A stretch of DNA of 63,904 nt, filler included, from an uncultured bacterium (lineage in GTDB: Bacteria > DAOPZR01): assembly GCA_964637655.1 (NCBI GenBank). It is 7 parts of 7 records of this genome, joined end to end, with 100 filler letters (N's around TTAATTAATTAA, not from the genome) between each part and the next. Parts side by side here need not be neighbours in the genome. Positions count along the whole stretch, not along the records: positions 1 to 9,418 come from CAZWUZ010000149.1; positions 9,519 to 18,903 come from CAZWUZ010000150.1; 5 more parts are not named here. The stretch is one strand, 5' to 3'. A program made the position numbers and the translations under genes. Below are positions 8,028-16,854 of the stretch, in pieces. How positions within the stretch are numbered: the stretch's first letter is position 1; the number at the start of each line of letters is the position of its first letter. The notes beneath the pieces were generated by a model. It ran no database searches and had not been told where the DNA came from. It saw only the letters and a list, made by a program, of their open reading frames with translations.

Positions 8028-9338
8028 CTATTTCAGGAAACTCATCAGGGATAGACTGAAGATGCGCGCCCCGGCCGACAGCGCCGCCTGCTGCATCGTT
8101 TCGAACTGTTTGAGCTGCATGATGGCGTCGGCCATATCGGTCTCGCTCGCCTCCTGCAGCAACTGCGTCGTCTGGATCTTGTAGTCGGTCAGCCGGCTTT
8201 CCTTCTGCTCGAGCCGGTTCTGCCGGCCGCCCGTCTCCGCGCGCCACAGCAGCAGCCCTTCGAGCGCGTCGTCAAGCAGGCCGAGGTCCTCGCCGCTCAA
8301 CCGCGCGGCATTGTCGCTGTTGAGATCGTCGCGGATCTGAATGAGCAGGCGGAAGGAGGTCATCTTGACCTCGGTGGCGGTCGCCGCGACATTGTCGGTG
8401 TAATTGCCGTCCGCGTCCAGCGCGGCGTTGCCGTTCACCACCTGCAGATCGTTGAGCAGTCCTTCCCGCACCGCCGTGGCGCCGTTGCGGTCGACATCCT
8501 GCAGCCACAACTGCCGCGGGTCGCTCGAGGTCAGCACGAGGCGCGACGCCCCCGGCACCGTGGTGTCGACTGACGCCTGCACGCCGGCGCCCGCGCCGTT
8601 GATGCGCGCCACCACCGCATTGAGCGAATCGACCGTCGTATCGTAGTAGATGTTCTTCCCGTTGACGCGGAAGTAGCCCTGGCTGGCGCCAACGGCGGCG
8701 TCAAGTGTCGCCGTCTCGTCCGCCACCGCCAGCCCCGCGGTCACGCGGTGGTTACTCACCTGGAACAGTTCGTCGCCGATGACATTGACCTGCAGGCGCA
8801 CGTTTTCGTCCACCTCGCGGTAGACCGCGTTGCGGTCGCTGCGGTAGACGACATCCGTAATATTTCCCGCCGCGTCGGTCACCTTGCCGAACGGCGACTC
8901 GTTGAACGTGCTGTTGAGCGTTTCGTTGCCGCCGAACAGGTAGCGGCTGCCATGCTGCACATTGGCGGTGTTGACCAGTTCGTCGAGCAGCTGGTCGACC
9001 TCGCGCGCAATCGCCTGGCGGTCGAGCGCGACATTGCTGTCATTGGCCCCCTGCACCACCAGCGAGCGCACGCGCTGGTAGATGCTCCCCACCTGGTCGA
9101 GGGCATTGTCCGTCGCCATCAGCCAGTCCTTGGCCTCGGTGATATTGGCGAGGTACTGCTCCGTGCGCGTGATGTCGCTTTTGTACCACATGGTCTGGTG
9201 CGTCGCCACCGGGTCGTCCGAACTGTAGCGCAGCTTGCTCCCCGAGGAGATCTGGTAGTTGAGCAGGTCGATGCTGTCGAGGTTGCTGTGCAGATTGCTG
9301 AGCACCGTGCCGTAGATGCTGGCGCTGGTCACACGCAT
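8028..9338 (-). CDS. flgL: Hook-associated protein FlgL
   Basis: QISSGSKLRYSSDDPV, RYLFGG and C-terminal QQAALSAGARIFSLSLMSFLK. Confidence 0.93.
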   Translation of the reverse strand: MRVTSASIYGTVLSNLHSNLDSIDLLNYQISSGSKLRYSSDDPVATHQTMWYKSDITRTEQYLANITEAKDWLMATDNALDQVGSIYQRVRSLVVQGANDSNVALDRQAIAREVDQLLDELVNTANVQHGSRYLFGGNETLNSTFNESPFGKVTDAAGNITDVVYRSDRNAVYREVDENVRLQVNVIGDELFQVSNHRVTAGLAVADETATLDAAVGASQGYFRVNGKNIYYDTTVDSLNAVVARINGAGAGVQASVDTTVPGASRLVLTSSDPRQLWLQDVDRNGATAVREGLLNDLQVVNGNAALDADGNYTDNVAATATEVKMTSFRLLIQIRDDLNSDNAARLSGEDLGLLDDALEGLLLWRAETGGRQNRLEQKESRLTDYKIQTTQLLQEASETDMADAIMQLKQFETMQQAALSAGARIFSLSLMSFLK

Positions 9339-9352
9339 GTCAGGTCACCCCC

Positions 9353-9418
9353 TTACGACGTCTTCAGCCCGTTGATGATGCGGTCGAGCATGCTGTCGTA
9401 GATGTTGATGAAGCGCGA
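9353..9418 (-). CDS. flgK: FlgK C-terminal fragment (contig end)
   Basis: ...RFINIYDSMLDRIINGLKTS* immediately upstream of flgL. Confidence 0.75.
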   Translation of the reverse strand, partial: SRFINIYDSMLDRIINGLKTS

Positions 9419-9518
9419 NNNNNNNNNNNNNNNNNNNNNNNNNNNNNNNNNNNNNNNNNNNNTTAATTAATTAANNNNNNNNNNNNNNNNNNNNNNNNNN
9501 NNNNNNNNNNNNNNNNNN

Positions 9519-9680
9519 TAGCAGATTCCCCAACAGCAGCAATTCCAGCCATGCGCGTGCAGCAACCGCTCCCTGAGGCAGAATGAAATAGATATTCGCA
9601 ATTGTGTAGCACAGCAGCGGTACCTTGAACAACACCATGCCCCAACGAATGCCGGCGCCCCGCAACATATCCTTAGTCAT
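9519..9680 (-). CDS. Membrane protein, truncated tandem paralog of 9673-10671
   Basis: GAGIRWGMVLFKVPLLCY...WLELLLLGNL is near-identical to the N-terminus of the upstream gene. Confidence 0.65.
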
Positions 9681-10671
9681 TGTTGCTTTCCGCTCCGTAT
9701 GGAACCACCGCATCAGTCGATGCCATCTCGCACCACAGACGGCTGCGTCGCACCAGCAGCGGTCCAGTAGCTACTGTTCCCACCACTACGCCACCGGGAA
9801 CCGCTTCAATCGCAGATAAAAAGGCAGACCCGCCCATGAGCGGCAAGAGCGGGACATGCGCAAGCGGGGAAAGCATGTGATCGAAAGCCAGCGTGAATAC
9901 GAGCACGTTGTCCAGCAACGCGATTAGCCACCCGCCAAATACGGCGAATCCCACGCTCAGGAACCACAGTCCGATTTCGCTGCGCGTTGCCAAGCGGTGT
10001 TCCGCTGTCCGTGCCAAAACCCGCCCGACCGTTGCCGCAAGCACATAGTTGATCACCATGATCCCGGCTGTCAGAAACAAGGACACTGGAAACAGGTAGT
10101 CGACCTCGAAATCCGCGAGCAAAACAGCGATGGCCAGCAACACCGGCAAAACCGCCAGCAGCACGCATCCGGTTCCCATCACGCGGCCGATTACGGCAGC
10201 GAAACGGTCCGCCTGACCTGCGCCGCCTGCTGCTGAATGTCTGCCTATCCCGATAAGCAGTGTGTAGCCGGCAAAGAGTCCGGCAATCGCACCGTGCAGC
10301 GCTACCATAACCGCCCCGGGGACCGTAACTGTGCACGAGGACATGTCGTACGGCACAGGCAGCGGCAGCATCGCCAGTGACAACGTGTCAACGCCTGCCG
10401 TAAGTATCCCAATTGCAACCGCTGCGGGCAGCACCCATTTTCCCACAGCAGATAGTTTCCATTTTCCGCCGCGCGGCAGAAACATTTCCACACACCAACC
10501 GGCGCCATACGCCACTATCAGATTCCCCAACAGCAGCAATTCCAGCCATGCGCGTGTAGCAACCGCTCCCTGCGGCAGAACAAAATAGATGTTCGCCACG
10601 GCATAGCACAACAGCGGCACCTTGAACAGTACCATGCCCCAGCGTATTCCTGCGCCGGCGCAGTTCATCAT
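9673..10671 (-). CDS. Hypothetical polytopic membrane protein
   Basis: Many hydrophobic segments; the start overlaps the stop of the upstream gene. Confidence 0.65.
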   Translation of the reverse strand: MMNCAGAGIRWGMVLFKVPLLCYAVANIYFVLPQGAVATRAWLELLLLGNLIVAYGAGWCVEMFLPRGGKWKLSAVGKWVLPAAVAIGILTAGVDTLSLAMLPLPVPYDMSSCTVTVPGAVMVALHGAIAGLFAGYTLLIGIGRHSAAGGAGQADRFAAVIGRVMGTGCVLLAVLPVLLAIAVLLADFEVDYLFPVSLFLTAGIMVINYVLAATVGRVLARTAEHRLATRSEIGLWFLSVGFAVFGGWLIALLDNVLVFTLAFDHMLSPLAHVPLLPLMGGSAFLSAIEAVPGGVVVGTVATGPLLVRRSRLWCEMASTDAVVPYGAESNND

Positions 10672-12155
10672 CTGCTTTTTGCCTCAAGCAGCTGCCGCAG
10701 CAGGTTGCCATGCAGTGCGCGCCAGGCGGTGTAGCCGCCATACACCACCTTGACGTCGGGACGGCCGGCATGGGCAAGCCGGTAACCGGCGGCAAACGAA
10801 ATCATCCCCGTGCCGCACATCAGGATGACTTCGCGATCGCGCGGGATGCGCCGCCAGTACCGCTCAAACCATACCGGCGACCACTCAACTGCCGTCGGAA
10901 TGCTCGCCGACAGCATCCGCTCATAGGGGAAGCGGATATCGATCAGGAACGTGCGCGGCGACTGCAGGCGCGCGGCATCGAGATGCTGCGGATCGAGGTA
11001 CGCGAGGCCCGGCGGATCGGAACGGGTGATGCGCTGCAGGACCTTCAGGACGTAGCGCAGATCGGCCGCCGTCGTGGTGCGCCCCATGCTGAGCCGGAAC
11101 GACGACAGCGCGGCGGCCGCATCGATTCCCATCCCGAGCAGCACATGCGACGGTTCCACCCGGTCGGCAGTGCAGGCCGAGCCGATCGAGACACTTACCG
11201 TGTAGCAGTCGAGTCCGGCAAGGAGCCGCACCCCCTCCTTCCCCGGGAACGTCAGATTGACGGTGCCCGGCAACTGGTGTACATCGTCCGCTGCGTTGAC
11301 GATAACCCCGGGATGGGCACGACGCAGCGCGGCCAGAAACTCCATACGCAGTCGGCGCAGCCGCGCGAGTTCCTTCTCCCGGCACGATGCCGCCAGCGAC
11401 GCTGCCACACCCAGTCCGACGATCTGCGCCACCCCTTCCGTGCCGGTGCGCTGCCCGCGTTCCTGATCGCCGCCGGCCAGCAGCGGCTGCCACGGGGTCG
11501 TGCCGCGCCAGTAAATCGCACCGGCCCCTTTCGGACCGTTGATCTTGTGCGCGGTCAGCACGAGGAATTCGCAGCCGAGTTCGTCAACAGCTGTGGCAAT
11601 CTTGCCGAACGACTGCACCGCATCGGTATGCAGCGGGATATTCCGTTCCCGCGCCAGCGCCGCAATCTCCGCCAGCGGCTGGATCGCCCCCGTTTCATTG
11701 TTGGCGTGCATCACCGAAATGAGTATGGTGTCCGGCCGGAGCGCCGCCCGCACCGCGTCGACCGTCACCCGCCCGTCGCCTGCCGCCGGCAGGTACGTCA
11801 CCGCCCCGCCGGCCGCCTCGACCTGCCGGCAGGCGCCGAGCACGGAATCGTGCTCGATTTGCGTCGTCACGATGTGTCCGCGACTGCCGGCCGCACGAAA
11901 CACCCCCTTGATGATCGCGTTGTTCCCCTCGGTCCCGCCGGAAGTGAAATATACCTGTTCCGGGCGGCAAGCCAGCGCCGCCGCTACCTGCCCGCGCGCG
12001 CTTTCGACCAGTCCGCGCGCCGTCCGCCCGTGGGTATGCAGCGATGACGGGTTCCCGTGCTGCTGTGCCAGCACGCGCCCCATCGCCTTGCGCACAGCCG
12101 GAGCCACCGGCGTCGTCGCGTTATGATCGAGGTAGACATCCCTGATCCAGAGCAT
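10668..12155 (-). CDS. Class I cysteine desulfurase (NifS/IscS type) fused to a C-terminal rhodanese domain
   Basis: YLDHNATTP, FTSGGTEGNN, HTDAVQSFGK, AHKINGPKG (PLP lysine), SIGSACT (catalytic Cys). C-terminus LIDIR...ILMCGTGMIS...VYGGYTAW is rhodanese-like. Confidence 0.88.
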   Translation of the reverse strand: MLWIRDVYLDHNATTPVAPAVRKAMGRVLAQQHGNPSSLHTHGRTARGLVESARGQVAAALACRPEQVYFTSGGTEGNNAIIKGVFRAAGSRGHIVTTQIEHDSVLGACRQVEAAGGAVTYLPAAGDGRVTVDAVRAALRPDTILISVMHANNETGAIQPLAEIAALARERNIPLHTDAVQSFGKIATAVDELGCEFLVLTAHKINGPKGAGAIYWRGTTPWQPLLAGGDQERGQRTGTEGVAQIVGLGVAASLAASCREKELARLRRLRMEFLAALRRAHPGVIVNAADDVHQLPGTVNLTFPGKEGVRLLAGLDCYTVSVSIGSACTADRVEPSHVLLGMGIDAAAALSSFRLSMGRTTTAADLRYVLKVLQRITRSDPPGLAYLDPQHLDAARLQSPRTFLIDIRFPYERMLSASIPTAVEWSPVWFERYWRRIPRDREVILMCGTGMISFAAGYRLAHAGRPDVKVVYGGYTAWRALHGNLLRQLLEAKSR

Positions 12156-12167
12156 CGCTACTCCTCC

Positions 12168-12806
12168 TTACCAGACCAGCGGAATGAAACGGTAACGCAC
12201 CTGCTGCCGGTAGGCGCGATACGCCGGGTCGCGGTCGAGGAACCGTTCCTCCAGCAACGCCCGCCAGACATAGCAGGCACTCGACAGCACGACCACCGTC
12301 ACAGTCCACGGCGTGCAGTGCCCGACAACATAGCCGAGCCGCAGCATGATATCCGTCAGGTACATCGGATGCCGCACGATACGATACAGGCCCTGCGTCC
12401 GCACCTCGCGCAGGGCGACCAGTATGCCGAAGCTGCGTCCGAGATTCAGCAGCGTGATAATTCCCAGCAGGTTGGCTGTGAGCGTTACGGCCCGCGCAAC
12501 CGCTGCCGTCTGCGCATCGCCGGTCGGCATCGTGCCGGGGAGCAGTACCGCCGACAGGACAGCAGCCAGCGCCACGGCCTGATGCCACGGTGACGGATCG
12601 AGCGCGCGATGATCATGGCGCAGCAGGAACAGCGCGGCCAGCACACAGCTCTGCACGATGAAGGAACCGGTAACGATATCGAATGAGCCGGCTTGCCACG
12701 CCGCTGTTCCCTGCCACAGCATGCCGCCGGCAAAGGTGAAAAACAGCCAGATGTTCACCACCTGCTGCCGGCGCGACCGCGGGACCGGAACGGGAGCGAC
12801 ACTCAT
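12168..12806 (-). CDS. ICMT/PEMT-family membrane methyltransferase-like protein
   Basis: LGRSFGI...TQGLYRIVRHPMY...RALLEERFL...YRAYRQQVRYRFIP; ATGA overlap with the upstream gene. Confidence 0.8.
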   Translation of the reverse strand: MSVAPVPVPRSRRQQVVNIWLFFTFAGGMLWQGTAAWQAGSFDIVTGSFIVQSCVLAALFLLRHDHRALDPSPWHQAVALAAVLSAVLLPGTMPTGDAQTAAVARAVTLTANLLGIITLLNLGRSFGILVALREVRTQGLYRIVRHPMYLTDIMLRLGYVVGHCTPWTVTVVVLSSACYVWRALLEERFLDRDPAYRAYRQQVRYRFIPLVW

Positions 12807-14227
12807 GCGCGTATCCCCGGCGTCATTGTCTGCCGGCGCACATTGCGCACGCAGGCGGGCAGCAGTGTTCCGTCCGCCTGCGGATACGCCTGGCAGCAGC
12901 GGCGCACGCGCGCCAAATCGAAGGTGGCAGCATCCTGAAAGGCATGGATGAATATCGATTTTATCCTGCGTTCCGCCAGCACGAACGCGCGCCGCGGATC
13001 GAAACCGCCGCAGCAGGCGGAGTCGCCCAGTTCGCGCATGATGCCGCGCAGCGTCGCCAGCACCTTCTCCCCCTCGGGCACCGCGCCGACCGGTCCGCTC
13101 CACAGGTTGTAGACGAGATCGCGCAGCCGTTCGTGTTCGTCCGGCGCCAGCCCGAAGACAACGCGGTTGGCGATGGTGTCGAGCAGCGTTTCCGCATCAG
13201 TGAGCCGCGCCAGCGGCACGCTGCCGCCATCGTCGAGCATCAGGTAGAACGCCAGCGAAAAGCAGAGCGGACTGCTGCACGGCAGCGGCACGAAGTCGGC
13301 GGCGTTCACCCGCGGGTTGCCGCATGCTGCCAGCCTCGCCACCACGTCGGGTATCGTCAGGCGCACCGTGTCCGGCAATGCCGCCGCGCGGCCGGTGAGG
13401 GCCAGCGGCTGGATCATCATGCTGATGATTTCCGGGTGCGCGAAATAGTAGTCGAGCACCGGGCCGAACTGGTCGTCATTGATCCCCGCACCCACGGTCA
13501 TAGTCAGTGACACAGTCGCCCCCGCCGCGCGCAGGCGCTCCAGCACCGCCATTTTCTGCGGGTGCAGTTCCCGCCCGCGCAGCGCGATATCGGCAGTCGT
13601 GCTGAACCCGTCGAACTGCAGCGAAACGACAACTCTGCGGCGCGCCAGCTCATCCGCCAGTCCCGGCTCGGCGAGCAGGCGCAGCCCGTTAGTCGACAAA
13701 CTCACGCGGACGATTTCGGGACGCGCCAGCGCCGCATCGATAAGCGCCAGCAGCTGCGGATGCAGCAGCGGCTCGCCGCCGGACAGGTTGAGCAGGTCAA
13801 TCTGTCCCTCGGCGGCCAGCAGCCGGTCGAGCATGCCGGTAAACTCGGCTGGCGACAGGTCCCCGGAAGTTGTGCGGCCGGAATCGTTGAGGCAGATCGG
13901 GCAGGCGAGATCACAGCGTGCGGTAATCTCGATGATCGGCATGCACAGATGCTGTTCGTGCCGCGCACAGAACCCGCAGCCGTCCGGGCAGGCGGCACCC
14001 GCATCACCCGCGAACGCACGCGGAGTCCAGCCCGGCTTGGCGATCCGCTGGGTGCGCAGGTACTCCTCCGCGGTGGCGCGCACGCGCACACGTGACTCGC
14101 CGTGTGCCGGACAGTGCTTGCGGAACCACACCCCGTCGGCATCGCTCTCCACCCGTGCCGGCAGCAGCATGGCACAGGCCGGGCAGGTCGACCAGGTCAT
14201 GCCGAGCACCCCGCGCTCCGCGACCAT
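12803..14227 (-). CDS. Radical SAM enzyme, Tes/GDGT-MAS (MJ0619)-like, copy A
   Basis: N-terminal STCPAC...KHCPAHG; CPDGCGFCARH; radical SAM CDLACPIC; SGGEP; LQFDG; CSSPLC; C-terminal FDLARVRRCC...LLPAC. Confidence 0.82.
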   Translation of the reverse strand: MVAERGVLGMTWSTCPACAMLLPARVESDADGVWFRKHCPAHGESRVRVRATAEEYLRTQRIAKPGWTPRAFAGDAGAACPDGCGFCARHEQHLCMPIIEITARCDLACPICLNDSGRTTSGDLSPAEFTGMLDRLLAAEGQIDLLNLSGGEPLLHPQLLALIDAALARPEIVRVSLSTNGLRLLAEPGLADELARRRVVVSLQFDGFSTTADIALRGRELHPQKMAVLERLRAAGATVSLTMTVGAGINDDQFGPVLDYYFAHPEIISMMIQPLALTGRAAALPDTVRLTIPDVVARLAACGNPRVNAADFVPLPCSSPLCFSLAFYLMLDDGGSVPLARLTDAETLLDTIANRVVFGLAPDEHERLRDLVYNLWSGPVGAVPEGEKVLATLRGIMRELGDSACCGGFDPRRAFVLAERRIKSIFIHAFQDAATFDLARVRRCCQAYPQADGTLLPACVRNVRRQTMTPGIRA

Positions 14228-15252
14228 CAGCGCGGTTTCACCGAGCAGTGGAATTCACGCAGCTGCCGCAGGCGCGGCCGCATTCGCATGCTCTCCGCGA
14301 ACCCGCGGCACGACGTCCAGCACTGCCCGCACTGCTTCGCCTGCTGCACGGCATACAGCCGCGCGCGCAGTTCGTCAATGCCGTCAGTCAAAATGGATCC
14401 GACCGGTTCGTCAAGCATCTCCGTGCAGCGTGCCACCCGGCCGCGATGGTCGATGTTGAGCAGCAGGCGCCCGGTCTGGCAGTTCCCGATGCCGCCGTCG
14501 GCGACCGCCCGGTCCATCTGCTCGAGGTAGCTGGTCAGCGAGATGAATTCGGGATAGCGGCGTTTCAGGTCGAGCAGGTGTGCCGTCACGCGCTGATGCG
14601 GCAGCCGCCGCGCCTTCGCCCCGCGGTTCCACGAGTAGAGATTGACCATGTAGGTGACGTCCAGTTCGCGCGCCAGCCGCAGCAGCGGCTCGATCTCATC
14701 GAGGTTGTCATCCATCAGCACCGTGATCATATGGACGCGATTGCGGCGGTCGGGTCGCGCCCGGTGCAGCAGCTGCAGCGCGGCGACCGCGCGCTCCCAC
14801 GAGCCGGGACAGCCGCGCTGCGCGTCATGTTTCGCCGGGTCGCGGTAGTCGACCGACACGGATATTTCCTGCAGGCCCGCCTGCAGCAGCGACTGCGCGC
14901 GCGCCGCGTCGACATGCCAGCCGTTGGTGATCAGGATGGGAAAATGGCTGGCGGTGTTGAGCAGGGCGATGATCTCCTCGAGATCGGTGCGGATGAGCGG
15001 CTCGCCGCCGGCCAGGGAGACGATCATCGTCCCCAGCCGGTTCAGTTTCCGGCCGATCAGGCGCACGTCGTCGAGCGTCAGTTCCTGCGCCGGGTCATGT
15101 GCCGTCTTCCAGAAGTCGCAGATCTGGCAGCGGAAATTGCAGCGGTAGGTCACCTGCAGGTTGCAATGCACGAAGCGGCCGCGCATGAATCCCCAGGCCA
15201 GCCGGGCACAGCGGTACTGATAGTGCAGTTCCCGGGTAAGCGCGCTAGGCAC
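14227..15252 (-). CDS. Radical SAM enzyme with SPASM/twitch-like C-terminus
   Basis: CNFRCQIC, GGEP, ITNG; CQTG...G.VARC...CGQCWTSC. Confidence 0.85.
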   Translation of the reverse strand: MPSALTRELHYQYRCARLAWGFMRGRFVHCNLQVTYRCNFRCQICDFWKTAHDPAQELTLDDVRLIGRKLNRLGTMIVSLAGGEPLIRTDLEEIIALLNTASHFPILITNGWHVDAARAQSLLQAGLQEISVSVDYRDPAKHDAQRGCPGSWERAVAALQLLHRARPDRRNRVHMITVLMDDNLDEIEPLLRLARELDVTYMVNLYSWNRGAKARRLPHQRVTAHLLDLKRRYPEFISLTSYLEQMDRAVADGGIGNCQTGRLLLNIDHRGRVARCTEMLDEPVGSILTDGIDELRARLYAVQQAKQCGQCWTSCRGFAESMRMRPRLRQLREFHCSVKPR

Positions 15253-16276
15253 GGGACACCGCCGGGGTCAGTGACCGCCACGCCCGCGCTTCGCCCAGTG
15301 CCGCCAGCGGATGCCGCTGGAAAAGCGACAACCCCATATGACAGAAGATGCGGCACTGCTCCGCGCAGCCGTTGTAGCTGCCGCTTCTGCGCGCCGCTTC
15401 CGCCAGCGCGGCACGATAGCTTCCTGCCGCCAGCAGGTCGACCGTCGCCGGTCCCGTTTCCAGGCAGGGATAATAGAGCCTGCCGTCGGGACGCACCGTC
15501 GGGATGAGCAGCGGGTGGCAGGCGAACGCCTGCCGGTCGCGCAGCCCCTGCAGGTACGGCAGAACTCCCAGCACCGCACCGCCCTGCCGCTTGGCGGCGA
15601 TCACCGCGTCGAGCAGCGCACGGTAATCGGGATCATCCTCGAGCCCCGGCACCGGCTGCCGGCCGTCGAGCGCCGGCGAGAGATGGAACCCGATCCGCCG
15701 GGTCAGGCAGAAGTCGAGCAGTTCCCGGGTGTCGGCAAGATGGCCCGGCAGCGCCACGGCGCTTACGGCCAGCGTGGTGCCGGTCTGCGCGCGCACACGC
15801 AGGGCATACGCAAGCGAGTCGCGCAGCTGCTCCGCCTGCGCGACGGTAATGCCGCTGATGCGCGCCTGCTGCTCCGGCCGCAGCGCATCGAGGCCGAGCA
15901 CGAGCACGTCGGTAAGACGCAGCAGGTCAGGCCGCGCATGCAGCTGCAGCGGCCGCGTGTTGAGCACCGTGCGCATGCCCTGCTGCCGCGCATGCGCCAG
16001 CAGCAGTTCGAGATCATCGCGCAGGGTCGGCTCGCCGCCGGTGAAATCAACCGTATCGGTCGCTGCCGCCATCAGGCTGAGCAGCCGGCAGGCGTCGGCT
16101 GTGCCAAGTTCGACGACCGGGGTTGCCGCAAACGGTTGCCCGGCACCGTCGGAACAGAACCGGCAGGCGCAGGTGCAGCGGTGTGTCACGTAATACGACC
16201 AGAGGAGCGGCCGCACGGGCTGACGCCCCGCCAGCAGGCTGAGCAGGTTCCCCGCGTAGTTCCGCAACGACTTCAT
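15245..16276 (-). CDS. Radical SAM enzyme with SPASM/twitch-like C-terminus
   Basis: CTCACRFC, TGGEP; CHP...PDGRLYYPC...CAEQCRIFC. Confidence 0.85.
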   Translation of the reverse strand: MKSLRNYAGNLLSLLAGRQPVRPLLWSYYVTHRCTCACRFCSDGAGQPFAATPVVELGTADACRLLSLMAAATDTVDFTGGEPTLRDDLELLLAHARQQGMRTVLNTRPLQLHARPDLLRLTDVLVLGLDALRPEQQARISGITVAQAEQLRDSLAYALRVRAQTGTTLAVSAVALPGHLADTRELLDFCLTRRIGFHLSPALDGRQPVPGLEDDPDYRALLDAVIAAKRQGGAVLGVLPYLQGLRDRQAFACHPLLIPTVRPDGRLYYPCLETGPATVDLLAAGSYRAALAEAARRSGSYNGCAEQCRIFCHMGLSLFQRHPLAALGEARAWRSLTPAVSRA

Positions 16277-16854
16277 GCGGACATTTCTTTCGCCGGCAGC
16301 GGACGCGCGGGCACGCCCGCCACCGTCAGTCCGTTGGCAACGTCGCGGGTCACCACCGCGCTGCAGCCGACCGTCACCTCCGCGCCGATGCTGACCCCGG
16401 AGCGGACCGTGGCAAACGCGCCGACCACCGCACCGCGCCCGACCCGCACGCGTCCGAGCCGGAACCCCGTCGCCGTGTATTCATGCGCCAGCAGCCGGCA
16501 TTCCATGCCGAGGAACGCGTCATCTGCCAGTTCGATCAATTCCGGCATGACCGGATCGAGAAACACCCCGGGCGCGATATAGACATCACGCCCGATCCGC
16601 ATCCCCAGCGCCCGGTAGAGCGCGATTTTCAGGAACGAGAGCGGGGTCATGCGCGCCAGCGCCGCCACGACGTAGCGCGCATGGAAGCGCAGCCAGTCGC
16701 TGACAGTGATGAACAGCACCGCGCAGACGCAGTAGGCGTCGTCAGGTTCGCGATCGTGACGCGGCAGCAGCAGCGGCCGGGTGCGGTCGCCGGCCAGAAA
16801 CGCGGTGAATTCCGCCCGCTCGGCCTGCCAGCGTGCGCTACGTGGTCGGGACAT
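16273..16854 (-). CDS. Hexapeptide-repeat (left-handed beta-helix) acyltransferase
   Basis: GMRIGRDVYIAPG...VRVGRGAVVGAFATVRSGVSIGAEVTVG...VVTRDV...VAGVPAR. Alternative start at 16866. Confidence 0.85.
   Translation of the reverse strand: MSRPRSARWQAERAEFTAFLAGDRTRPLLLPRHDREPDDAYCVCAVLFITVSDWLRFHARYVVAALARMTPLSFLKIALYRALGMRIGRDVYIAPGVFLDPVMPELIELADDAFLGMECRLLAHEYTATGFRLGRVRVGRGAVVGAFATVRSGVSIGAEVTVGCSAVVTRDVANGLTVAGVPARPLPAKEMSA

Noticed and set aside
9419-9518. N-flanked TTAATTAATTAA motif recurring about every 9.4 kb (also ~18948, 28414, 37855, 47289, 56563)
   Set aside because: Artificial contig linker with stops in all six frames. The spacing reflects length-sorted contigs, not biology.
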